Source of the DNA: Eledone cirrhosa
Taxonomy: Eukaryota
Reading direction: 5' to 3'
DNA length: 64,000 bases
Assembly: GCA_964016885.1 (NCBI GenBank)
Contig: OZ024740.1
Location: forward strand, 388,492,001-388,556,000
Positions 41,901-54,790 of this stretch are shown piece after piece. The notes below the pieces were generated by a model. The model did no database searches. It saw only the letters and a program-made list of their open reading frames with translations, and was not told where the DNA came from. The translations under genes and the position numbers were made by a program. The stretch's first letter is position 1; every line of letters begins with the position of its first letter.

Positions 41901-44900
41901 TATATTAAGACTAGTATATGTCTACAGTCTAGGGAGAGAGACAAGGGAGACTATATTAAGACTAGTATATGTCTACAGTCTAGGGAGAGAGACAAAGGTG
42001 ACTATATTAAGACTAGTATACGTCTACAGTCTAGGGAGAGAGACAAGGGAGACTATATTAAGACTAGTATACGTCTACAGTCTAGGGAGAGAGACAAGGG
42101 AGACTATATTAAGACTAGTATATGTCTACAGTCTAGGGAGAGAGACAAGGGAGACTATATTAAGACTAGTATATGTCTACAGTCTAGGGAGAGAGACAAG
42201 GGAGACTATATTAAGACTAGTATATGTCTACAGTCTAGGGAGAGAGACAAGGGAGACTATATTAAGACTAGTATACGTCTACAGTCTAGGGAGAGAGACA
42301 AGGGAGACTATATTAAGACTAGTATATGTCTACAGTCTAGGGAGAGAGACAAGGGAGACTAAATTAAGACTAGTATACGTCTACAGTCTAGGGAGAGAGA
42401 CAAGGGAGACTATATTAAGACTAGTATATGTCTACAGTCCAGGGAGAGAGACAAGGGAGACTATATCAAGACTAGTATATGTCTATATTCTAGGGAGAGA
42501 GACAAAGGTGACAATATTAAGACTAGTGTATGTCTACAGTCTAGGGAGAGAGACAAGGGAGACTATATTAAGACTAGTATATGTCTACAGTCTAGGGAGA
42601 GAGAGACAAAGGAGACTATATCAAGACTAGTATACGTCTACAAACCAGGGAGAGAGACAAAGGTGACAATATTAAGACTAGTATACGTCTACAGTCTAGG
42701 GAGAGAGACAAAGGTGACTATATTAAGACTAGCATATGTCTACAGTCTAGGGAGAGAGACAAGGGAGACTATATTAAGACTAGTATACGTCTACAGTCTA
42801 GGGACAGAGACAAGGGAGACCATATTAAGACTAGTATATGTCTACAGTCCAGGGAGAGAGACAAGGAGACTATATTAAGACTAGTATATGTCTACAGTCT
42901 AGGGAGAGAGACAAAGGTGACTATATTAAGACTAGTATATGTCTACAGTCTAGGGAGAGAGACAAGGGAGACTATATTAAGACTAGTATACGTCTACAGT
43001 CTAGGGAGAGAGACAAGGGAGACTATATTAAGACTAGTATATGTCTACAGTCTAGGGAGAGAGACAAGGGAGACTATATTAAGACTAGTATATGTCTACA
43101 GTCTAGGGAGAGAGACAAGGGAGACCATATTAAAACTAGTATATGTCTACAGTCTAGGGAGAGAGACAAATGTGACTATATTAAGACTAGTATATGTCTA
43201 CAGTCTAGGGAGAGAGACAAAGGTGACTATATTAAGACTAGCATATGTCTACAGTCTAGGGAGAGAGACATGGGAGACTATATTAAGACTAGTATATGTC
43301 TACAGTCTAGGGAGAGAAACAAGGGAGACCATATTAAAACTAGTATATGTCTACAGTCTAGGGAGAGAGACAAATGTGACTATATTAAGACTAGTATATG
43401 TCTACAGTCTAGGGAGAGAGACAAAGGTGACTATATTAAGACTAGCATATGTCTACAGTCTAGGGAGAGAGACAAGGGAGACTATATTAAGACTAGTATA
43501 TGTCTACAGTCTAGGGAGAGAGACAAAGGTGACTATATTAAGACTAGTATATGTCTACAGTCTAGGGAGAGAGACAAAGGTGACTATATTAAGACTAGCA
43601 TATGTCTACAGTCTAGGGAGAGAGACAAAGGTGACTATATTAAGACTAGTATATGTCTACAGTCTAGGGAGAGAGACAAGGGGGACTATATCAAGACTAA
43701 TATATATCTATAGTCTAGGGAGAAAGACAAGGGAGACTATATTAAGACTAGTATACGTCTACAGTCTAGGGAGAGAGACAAGGGAGACTATATTAAGACT
43801 AGTATATGTCTACAGTCTAGGGAGAGAGACAAAGGTGACTATATTAAGACTAGTATATGTCTACAATCTAGGGAGAGAGACAAAGGAGACTATATTAAGA
43901 CTAGTATATGTCTACAATCTAGGGAGAGAGACAAAGGAGACTATATTAAGACTAGTATATGTCTACAATCTAGGGAGAGAGACAAAGGAGACTATATTAA
44001 GACTAGTATACGTCTACAGTCTAGGGAAAGAGACAAGGGAGACTATATTAAGTCTAGTATATGTCTACAGTCTAGGGAGAGAGACAAGGGAGACTATATT
44101 AAGACTAGTATATGTCTACAGTCTAGGGAGAGAGACAAGGGAGACTATATTAAGACTAGTATATGTCTACAATCTAGGGAGAGAGACAAAGGAGACTATA
44201 TTAAGACTAGTATATGTCTACACTCTAGGGAAAGAGAGACAAAGGAGACTATATTAAGACTCGTATATGTCTACAGTCTAGGGAGAGAGAGACAAGGGAG
44301 ACTATATTAAGACTAGTATATGTCTACAGTCTAGGGAGAGAGACAAGGGAGACTATATTAAGACTAGTATATGTCTACAGTCTAGGGAGAGAGACAAGGG
44401 AGACTATATTAAGACTAGTATATGTCTACAGTCTAGGGAGAGAGACAAAGGTGACTATATTAAGACTAGTATACGTCTACAGTCTAGGGAGAGAGACAAG
44501 GGAGACTATATTAAGACTAGTATACGTCTACAGTCTAGGGAGAGAGACAAGGGAGACTATATTAAGACTAGTATATGTCTACAGTCTAGGGAGAGAGACA
44601 AGGGAGACTATATTAAGACTAGTATATGTCTACAGTCTAGGGAGAGAGACAAGGGAGACTATATTAAGACTAGTATATGTCTACAGTCTAGGGAGAGAGA
44701 CAAGGGAGACTATATTAAGACTAGTATACGTCTACAGTCTAGGGAGAGAGACAAGGGAGACTATATTAAGACTAGTATATGTCTACAGTCTAGGGAGAGA
44801 GACAAGGGAGACTAAATTAAGACTAGTATACGTCTACAGTCTAGGGAGAGAGACAAGGGAGACTATATTAAGACTAGTATATGTCTACAGTCCAGGGAGA

Positions 44901-47900
44901 GAGACAAGGGAGACTATATCAAGACTAGTATATGTCTATATTCTAGGGAGAGAGACAAAGGTGACAATATTAAGACTAGTGTATGTCTACAGTCTAGGGA
45001 GAGAGACAAGGGAGACTATATTAAGACTAGTATATGTCTACAGTCTAGGGAGAGAGAGACAAAGGAGACTATATCAAGACTAGTATACGTCTACAAACCA
45101 GGGAGAGAGACAAAGGTGACAATATTAAGACTAGTATACGTCTACAGTCTAGGGAGAGAGACAAAGGTGACTATATTAAGACTAGCATATGTCTACAGTC
45201 TAGGGAGAGAGACAAGGGAGACTATATTAAGACTAGTATACGTCTACAGTCTAGGGACAGAGACAAGGGAGACCATATTAAGACTAGTATATGTCTACAG
45301 TCCAGGGAGAGAGACAAGGAGACTATATTAAGACTAGTATATGTCTACAGTCTAGGGAGAGAGACAAAGGTGACTATATTAAGACTAGTATATGTCTACA
45401 GTCTAGGGAGAGAGACAAGGGAGACTATATTAAGACTAGTATACGTCTACAGTCTAGGGAGATTGAGAAATGTCACTATATTAAGACTAGTATATGTCTA
45501 CAGTCTAGGGAGAGAGACAAGGGAGACTATATTAAGACTAGTATATGTCTACAGTCTAGGGAGAGAGACAAGGGAGACTATATTAAGACTAGTATATGTC
45601 TACAGTCTAGGGAGAGAGACAAGGGAGACCATATTAAAACTAGTATATGTCTACAGTCTAGGGAGAGAGACAAATGTGACTATATTAAGACTAGTATATG
45701 TCTACAGTCTAGGGAGAGAGACAAAGGTGACTATATTAAGACTAGCATATGTCTACAGTCTAGGGAGAGAGACATGGGAGACTATATTAAGACTAGTATA
45801 TGTCTACAGTCTAGGGAGAGAAACAAGGGAGACCATATTAAAACTAGTATATGTCTACAGTCTAGGGAGAGAGACAAATGTGACTATATTAAGACTAGTA
45901 TATGTCTACAGTCTAGGGAGAGAGACAAAGGTGACTATATTAAGACTAGCATATGTCTACAGTCTAGGGAGAGAGACAAGGGAGACTATATTAAGACTAG
46001 TATATGTCTACAGTCTAGGGAGAGAGACAAAGGTGACTATATTAAGACTAGTATATGTCTACAGTCTAGGGAGAGAGACAAAGGTGACTATATTAAGACT
46101 AGCATATGTCTACAGTCTAGGGAGAGAGACAAAGGTGACTTTATTAAGACTAGTATATGTCTACAGTCTAGGGAGAATGACAAGGGGGACTATATCAAGA
46201 CTAATATATATCTATAGTCTAGGGAGAAAGACAAGGGAGACTATATTAAGACTAGTATACGTCTACAGTCTAGGGAGAGAGACAAGGGAGACTATATTAA
46301 GACTAGTATATGTCTACAGTCTAGGGAGAGAGACAAAGGTGACTATATTAAGACTAGTATATGTCTACAATCTAGGGAGAGAGACAAAGGAGACTATATT
46401 AAGACTAGTATATGTCTACAATCTAGGGAGAGAGACAAAGGAGACTATATTAAGACTAGTATATGTCTACAATCTAGGGAGAGAGACAAAGGAGACTATA
46501 TTAAGACTAGTATACGTCTACAGTCTAGGGAAAGAGACAAGGGAGACTATATTAAGTCTAGTATATGTCTACAGTCTAGGGAGAGAGACAAGGGAGACTA
46601 TATTAAGACTAGTATATGTCTACAGTCTAGGGAGAGAGACAAGGGAGACTATATTAAGACTAGTATATGTCTACAATCTAGGGAGAGAGACAAAGGAGAC
46701 TATATTAAGACTAGTATATGTCTACACTCTAGGGAAAGAGAGACAAAGGAGACTATATTAAGACTCGTATATGTCTACAGTCTAGGGAGAGAGAGACAAG
46801 GGAGACTATATTAAGACTAGTATATGTCTACAGTCTAGGGAGAGAGACAAGGGAGACTATATTAAGACTAGTATATGTCTACAGTCTAGGGAGAGAGACA
46901 AGGGAGACTATATTAAGACTAGTATATGTCTACAGTCTAGGGAGAGAGACAAAGGTGACTATATTAAGACTAGTATACGTCTACAGTCTAGGGAGAGAGA
47001 CAAGGGAGACTATATTAAGACTAGTATACGTCTACAGTCTAGGGAGAGAGACAAGGGAGACTATATTAAGACTAGTATATGTCTACAGTCTAGGGAGAGA
47101 GACAAGGGAGACTATATTAAGACTAGTATATGTCTACAGTCTAGGGAGAGAGACAAGGGAGACTATATTAAGACTAGTATATGTCTACAGTCTAGGGAGA
47201 GAGACAAGGGAGACTATATTAAGACTAGTATACGTCTACAGTCTAGGGAGAGAGACAAGGGAGACTATATTAAGACTAGTATATGTCTACAGTCTAGGGA
47301 GAGAGACAAGGGAGACTAAATTAAGACTAGTATACGTCTACAGTCTAGGGAGAGAGACAAGGGAGACTATATTAAGACTAGTATATGTCTACAGTCTAGG
47401 GAGAGAGACAAGGGAGACTATATCAAGACTAGTATATGTCTATATTCTAGGGAGAGAGACAAAGGTGACAATATTAAGACTAGTGTATGTCTACAGTCTA
47501 GGGAGAGAGACAAGGGAGACTATATTAAGACTAGTATATGTCTACAGTCTAGGGAGAGAGAGACAAAGGAGACTATATCAAGACTAGTATACGTCTACAA
47601 ACCAGGGAGAGAGACAAAGGTGACAATATTAAGACTAGTATACGTCTACAGTCTAGGTAGAGAGACAAAGGTGACTATATTAAGACTAGCATATGTCTAC
47701 AGTCTAGGGAGAGAGACAAGGGAGACTATATTAAGACTAGTATACGTCTACAGTCTAGGGACAGAGACAAGGGAGACCATATTAAGACTAGTATATGTCT
47801 ACAGTCCAGGGAGAGAGACAAGGAGACTATATTAAGACTAGTATATGTCTACAGTCTAGGGAGAGAGACAAAGGTGACTATATTAAGACTAGTATATGTC

Positions 47901-50900
47901 TACAGTCTAGGGAGAGAGACAAGGGAGACTATATTAAGACTAGTATACGTCTACAGTCTAGGGATATTGAGAAATGTCACTATATTAAGACTAGTATATG
48001 TCTACAGTCTAGGGAGAGAGACAAGGGAGACTATATTAAGACTAGTATATGTCTACAGTCTAGGGAGAGAGACAAATGTGACTATATTAAGACTAGTATA
48101 TGTCTACAGTCTAGGGAGAGAGACAAAGGAGACTATATTAAGACTAGTATATGTCTACAGTCTAGGGAGAGAGACAAAGGTGACTATATTAAGACTAGCA
48201 TATGTCTACAGTCTAGGGAGAGAGACAAGGGAGACTATATTAAGACTAGTATACGTCTACAGTCTAGGGAGAGAGACAAGGGAGACTATATTAAGACTAG
48301 TATATGTCTACAGTCTAGGGAGAGAGACAAGGGAGACTATATTAAGACTAGTATATGTCTACAGTCTAGGGAGAGAGACAAGGGAGACCATATTAAAACT
48401 AGTATATGTCTACAGTCTAGGGAGAGAGACAAATGTGACTATATTAAGACTAGTATATGTCTACAGTCTAGGGAGAGAGACAAAGGTGACTATATTAAGA
48501 CTAGCATATGTCTACAGTCTAGGGAGAGAGACATGGGAGACTATATTAAGACTAGTATATGTCTACAGTCTAGGGAGAGAAACAAGGGAGACCATATTAA
48601 AACTAGTATATGTCTACAGTCTAGGGAGAGAGACAAATGTGACTATATTAAGACTAGTATATGTCTACAGTCTAGGGAGAGAGACAAAGGTGACTATATT
48701 AAGACTAGCATATGTCTACAGTCTAGGGAGAGAGACAAGGGAGACTATATTAAGACTAGTATATGTCTACAGTCTAGGGAGAGAGACAAAGGTGACTATA
48801 TTAAGACTAGTATATGTCTACAGTCTAGGGAGAGAGACAAAGGTGACTATATTAAGACTAGCATATGTCTACAGTCTAGGGAGAGAGACAAAGGTGACTA
48901 TATTAAGACTAGTATATGTCTACAGTCTAGGGAGAGAGACAAGGGGGACTATATCAAGACTAATATATATCTATAGTCTAGGGAGAAAGACAAGGGAGAC
49001 TATATTAAGACTAGTATACGTCTACAGTCTAGGGAGAGAGACAAGGGAGACTATATTAAGACTAGTATATGTCTACAGTCTAGGGAGAGAGACAAAGGTG
49101 ACTATATTAAGACTAGTATATGTCTACAATCTAGGGAGAGAGACAAAGGAGACTATATTAAGACTAGTATATGTTTACAATCTAGGGAGAGAGACAAAGG
49201 AGACTATATTAAGACTAGTATATGTCTACAATCTAGGGAGAGAGACAAAGGAGACTATATTAAGACTAGTATACGTCTACAGTCTAGGGAAAGAGACAAG
49301 GGAGACTATATTAAGTCTAGTATATGTCTACAGTCTAGGGAGAGAGACAAGGGAGACTATATTAAGACTAGTATATGTCTACAGTCTAGGGAGAGAGACA
49401 AGGGAGACTATATTAAGACTAGTATATGTCTACAATCTAGGGAGAGAGACAAAGGAGACTATATTAAGACTAGTATATGTCTACAGTCTAGGGAAAGAGA
49501 GACAAAGGAGACTATATTAAGACTCGTATATGTCTACAGTCTAGGGAGAGAGAGACAAGGGAGACTATATTAAGACTAGTATATGTCTACAGTCTAGGGA
49601 GGGAGACAAGGGAGACTATATTAAGACTAGTATATGTCTACAGTCTAGGGAGAGAGACAAGGGAGACTATATTAAGACTAGTATATGTCTACAGTCTAGG
49701 GAGAGAGACAAAGGTGACTATATTAAGACTAGTATATGTCTACAGTCTAGGGAGAGAGACAAAGGAGACTATATTAAGACTAGTATATGTCTACAGTCTA
49801 GGGAGAGAGACAAGGGAGACTATATTAAGACTAGTATATGTCTACAGTCTAGGGAGAGAGAGACAAGGGAGACTATATTAAGACTAGTATATGTCTACAG
49901 TCTAGGGAGAGAGACAAGGGAGACTATATTAAGACTAGTATATGTCTACAGTCTAGGGAGAGAGAGACAAGGGAGACTATATTAAGACTAGTATATGTCT
50001 ACAGTCTAGGGAGACAGAGACAAGGGAGACTATATTAAGACTAGTATATGTCTACAGTCTAGGGAGAGAGACAAGGGAGACTATATTAAGACTAGTATAT
50101 GTCTACAGTCTAGGGAGAGAGAGACAAAGGAGACTATATTAAGACTAGTATATGTCTACAGTCTAGGGAGAGAGACAAGGGAGACTATATTATGACTAGT
50201 ATATGTCTACAGTCTAGGGAAAGAGACAAAGGAGACTATATTAAGACTAGTATATGTCTACAGTCTAGCGAGAGAGACAAGGGAGACTATATTAAGACTA
50301 GTATATGTCTACAGTCTAGGGAGAGAGACAAGGGAGACTATATTAAGACTAGTATACGTCTACAGTCTAGGGAGATTGAGAAATGTCACTATATTAAGAC
50401 TAGTATATGTCTACAGTCTAGGGAGAGAGACAAGGGAGACTATATTAAGACTAGTATATGTCTACAGTCTAGGGAGAGAGACAAATGTGACCATATTAAG
50501 ACTAGTATATGTCTACAGTCCAGGGAGAGAGACAAGGAGACTATATTAAGACTAGTATATGTCTACAGTCTAGGGAGAGAGACAAAGGTGACTATATTAA
50601 GACTAGTATATGTCTACAGTCTAGGGAGAGAGACAAGGGAGACTATATTAAGACTAGTATACGTCTACAGTCTAGGGAGATTGAGAAATGTCACTATATT
50701 AAGACTAGTATATGTCTACAGTCTAGGGAGAGAGACAAGGGAGACTATATTAAGACTAGTATATGTCTACAGTCTAGGGAGAGAGACAATTGTGACTATA
50801 TTAAGACTAGTATATGTCTACAGTCTAGGGAGAGAGACAAAGGAGACTATATTAAGACTAGTATATGTGTACAGTCTAGGGAGAGAGACAAAGGTGACTA

Positions 50901-52300
50901 TATTAAGACTAGCATATGTCTACAGTCTAGGGAGAGAGACAAGGGAGACTATATTAAGACTAGTATACGTCTACAGTCTAGGGAGAGAGACAAGGGAGAC
51001 TATATTAAGACTAGTATATGTCTACAGTCTAGGGAGAGAGACAAGGGAGACTATATTAAGACTAGTATATGTCTACAGTCTAGGGAGAGAGACAAGGGAG
51101 ACCATATTAAAACTAGTATATGTCTACAGTCTAGGGAGAGAGACAAATGTGACTATATTAAGACTAGTATATGTCTACAGTCTAGGGAGAGAGACAAAGG
51201 TGACTATATTAAGACTAGCATATGTCTACAGTCTAGGGAGAGAGACATGGGAGACTATATTAAGACTAGTATATGTCTACAGTCTAGGGAGAGAAACAAG
51301 GGAGACCATATTAAAACTAGTATATGTCTACAGTCTAGGGAGAGAGACAAATGTGACTATATTAAGACTAGTATATGTCTACAGTCTAGGGAGAGAGACA
51401 AAGGTGACTATATTAAGACTAGCATATGTCTACAGTCTAGGGAGAGAGACAAGGGAGACTATATTAAGACTAGTATATGTCTACAGTCTAGGGAGAGAGA
51501 CAAAGGTGACTATATTAAGACTAGTATATGTCTACAGTCTTGGGAGAGAGACAAAGGTGACTATATTAAGACTAGCATATGTCTACAGTCTAGGGAGAGA
51601 GACAAAGGTGACTATATTAAGACTAGTATATGTCTACAGTCTAGGGAGAGAGACAAGGGGGACTATATCAAGACTAATATATATCTATAGTCTAGGGAGA
51701 AAGACAAGGGAGACTATATTAAGACTAGTATACGTCTACAGTCTAGGGAGAGAGACAAGGGAGACTATATTAAGACTAGTATATGTCTACAGTCTAGGGA
51801 GAGAGACAAAGGTGACTATATTAAGACTAGTATATGTCTACAATCTAGGGAGAGAGACAAAGGAGACTATATTAAGACTAGTATATGTCTACAATCTAGG
51901 GAGAGAGACAAAGGACACTATATTAAGACTAGTATATGTCTACAATCTAGGGAGAGAGACAAAGGAGACTATATTAAGACTAGTATACGTCTACAGTCTA
52001 GGGAAAGAGACAAGGGAGACTATATTAAGTCTAGTATATGTCTACAGTCTAGGGAGAGAGACAAGGGAGACTATATTAAGACTAGTATATGTCTACAGTC
52101 TAGGGAGAGAGACAAGGGAGACTATATTAAGACTAGTATATGTCTACAATCTAGGGAGAGAGACAAAGGAGACTATATTAAGACTAGTATATGTCTACAG
52201 TCTAGGGAAAGAGAGACAAAGGAGACTATATTAAGACTCGTATATGTCTACAGTCTAGGGAGAGAGAGACAAAGGAGACTATATTAAGACTAGTATATGT
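39000..52300. repeat. Quasi-regular ~2.45-2.76 kb higher-order repeat domain of the satellite
   Basis: The marker GACTAATATATATCTATAG ends frame-2 ORFs at 41260, 43713, 46217, 48976 and 51690 (spacings 2453, 2504, 2759, 2714). The companion markers ACATGGGAG, GAGAAACAAG and GACTCGTAT recur in the same order. Confidence 0.88.
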
Positions 52301-54616
52301 CTACAGTCTAGGGAGAGAGACAAGGGAGACTATATTAAGACTAGTATATGTCTACAGTCTAGGGAGAGAGACAAGGGAGACTATATTAAGACTAGTATAT
52401 GTCTACAGTCTAGGGAGAGAGACAAAGGTGACTATATTAAGACTAGTATATGTCTACAGTCTAGGGAGAGAGACAAAGGAGACTATATTAAGACTAGTAT
52501 ATGTCTACAGTCTAGGGAGAGAGACAAGGGAGACTATATTAAGACTAGTATATGTCTACAGTCTAGGGAGAGAGAGACAAGGGAGACTATATTAAGACTA
52601 GTATATGTCTACAGTCTAGGGAGAGAGACAAGGGAGACTATATTAAGACTAGTATATGTCTACAGTCTAGGGAGAGAGAGACAAGGGAGACTATATTAAG
52701 ACTAGTATATGTCTACAGTCTAGGGAGAGAGAGACAAGGGAGACTATATTAAGACTAGTATATGTCTACAGTCTAGGGAGAGAGACAAGGGAGACTATAT
52801 TAAGACTAGTATATGTCTACAGTCTAGGGAGAGAGAGACAAAGGAGACTATATTAAGACTAGTATATGTCTACAGTCTAGGGAGAGAGACAAGGGAGACT
52901 ATATTAAGACTAGTATATGTCTACAGTCTAGGGAAAGAGACAAAGGAGACTATATTAAGACTAGTATATGTCTACAGTCTAGCGAGAGAGACAAGGGAGA
53001 CTATATTAAGACTAGTATATGTCTACAGTCTAGGGAGAGAGACAAGGGAGACTATATTAAGACTAGTATACGTCTACAGTCTAGGGAGAGAGACAAGGGA
53101 GACTATATTAAGACTAGTATATGTCTACAGTCTAGGGAGAGAGACAAGGGAGACTATATTAAGACTAGTATATGTCTACAGTCTAGGGAGAGAGACAAGG
53201 GAGACTATATTAAGACTAGTATATGTCTACAGTCTAGGGAGAGAGACAAAGGTGACTATATTAAGACTAGTATATGTCTACAGTCTAGGGAGAGAGACAA
53301 AGGAGACTATATTAAGACTAGTATATGTCTACAGTCTAGGGAGAGAGACAAGGGAGACTATATTAAGACTAGTATATGTCTACAGTCTAGGGAGAGAGAG
53401 ACAAGGGAGACTATATTAAGACTAGTATATGTCTACAGTCTAGGGAGAGAGACAAGGGAGACTATATTAAGACTAGTATATGTCTACAGTCTAGGGAGAG
53501 AGAGACAAGGGAGACTATATTAAGACTAGTATATGTCTACAGTCTAGGGAGAGAGAGACAAGGGAGACTATATTAAGACTAGTATATGTCTACAGTCTAG
53601 GGAGAGAGACAAGGGAGACTATATTAAGACTAGTATATGTCTACAGTCTAGGGAGAGAGAGACAAAGGAGACTATATTAAGACTAGTATATGTCTACAGT
53701 CTAGGGAGAGAGACAAGGGAGACTATATTAAGACTAGTATATGTCTACAGTCTAGGGAAAGAGACAAAGGAGACTATATTAAGACTAGTATATGTCTACA
53801 GTCTAGCGAGAGAGACAAGGGAGACTATATTAAGACTAGTATATGTCTACAGTCTAGGGAGAGAGACAAGGGAGACTATATTAAGACTAGTATACGTCTA
53901 CAGTCTAGGGAGAGAGACAAGGGAGACTATATTAAGACTAGTATATGTCTACAGTCTAGGGAGAGAGACAAGGGAGACTATATTAAGACTAGTATATGTC
54001 TACAGTCTAGGGAGAGAGAGACAAGGGAGACTATATTAAGACTAGTATATGTTTATAGTCTAGGGAGAGAGACAAATGTGACTATATTAAGACTAGTATA
54101 TGTCTACAGTCTAGGGAGAGAGACAAAGGTGACTATATTAAGACTAGTATATGTCTACAGTCTATGGAGAGAGACAAGGGAGACTATATTTAAACTAGCA
54201 TATGTCTACAGTCTAGGGAGAGAGAGAAATGTGACTATATTAAGACTAGTATATGTCTACAGTCTAGGGAGAGAGACAAAGGTGACTATATTAAGACTAG
54301 TATACGTCTACATACTTGGAAGAGAAACGAAGAGTAAAATGTCATGCGAAGAGAAATGTGTTAATAAAGAAAACATTTAAATCTAAAATGAAACAATTTG
54401 ATATGTATTCTTTCTTCGCACTGACATTAATATTATGAATGGTGTCTAGATTATAGATATAGATGAACGGACATTTACAATAAGATAACTTGCATTAATG
54501 TCAATGAAATATTAATGAATATTTCTAATATTGAGAACATTTACAGAACTGCATCGCATGCATGTTAAAGATATGACTATGGTCGAGTTGAATAGTTTCT
54601 TATTCCTTAACATTAT

Positions 54617-54790
54617 TGGCAGTATCGGTAGAGGGTCGGACGACATGCTTTGCAGCCCAGTTACGTCCCTTTACGGACTGAGATCAAATCGCGCCGATGT
54701 TCACTTTGCCTTTCATCCTTACGGGGTCAATAAAATAAAGTACCAGTAATACACTGGAATAATTGCTGGCCTTGTGCCTAAAGTAGAAAC
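54617..54790 (+). mobile_element. tRNA-derived SINE, diverged, resembling octopus OR/OK-type SINEs
   Basis: Pol III A-box-like TGGCAGTATCGG (54617) and B-box-like GAGATCAAATC (~54680). These are followed by CACTTTGCCTTTCATCCTTACGGGGTCAATAAAATAAAGTACCAG and the 3' part AATTGCTGGCCTTGTGCCTAAAGTAGAAA, which match my recollection of the abundant octopus SINE consensus (not database-checked). Confidence 0.8.

Larger units (their letters stand above)
1..54332. repeat. 51-bp tandem satellite array, about 1,060 monomers; continues beyond the left window edge
   Basis: Seen directly: head-to-tail repeats of GTCTACAGTCTAGGGAGAGAGACAAGGGAGACTATATTAAGACTAGTATAT, usually with only a few substitutions per unit. 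Length variants are 53 bp (+GA), 52 bp (GACACCTGGT) and 50 bp (ACAAGGAGA). The last, degenerate monomer is GTCTACATACTTGGAAGAGAAACGAAG at ~54306-54332. I saw no foreign insertion or strand switch. Confidence 0.99.

Noticed and set aside
1-54332. CRISPR array or variable-cassette system
   Set aside because: There are no unique spacers; variation consists of point substitutions copied in blocks. There are no cas or recombinase genes, and the context is eukaryotic.
1-54332. Telomere-derived or G-quadruplex repeat (CTAGGG and CAAGGG resemble TTAGGG)
   Set aside because: There are only two GGG runs per 51 bp with 10- and 35-nt gaps, the second run is often mutated, and no TTAGGG tracts occur.
1-54332. 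Monomer as a mini-Helitron concatemer (TC...CTAG|T reading)
   Set aside because: It has no GC-rich subterminal hairpin and no similarity to the Helitron at 62847-63445, and the short motifs are expected by chance.
123-54380. Dozens of + strand ORFs (up to 2663 aa) as protein-coding genes
   Set aside because: They follow automatically from a 51-bp unit that is stop-free in two frames. Starts are mostly GTG variants, ends are mostly GA-slippage frameshifts, and there are no unique domains or splice structure.
54617-54700. tRNA gene
   Set aside because: A- and B-box-like motifs are present, but there is no cloverleaf and the sequence continues into a SINE body.
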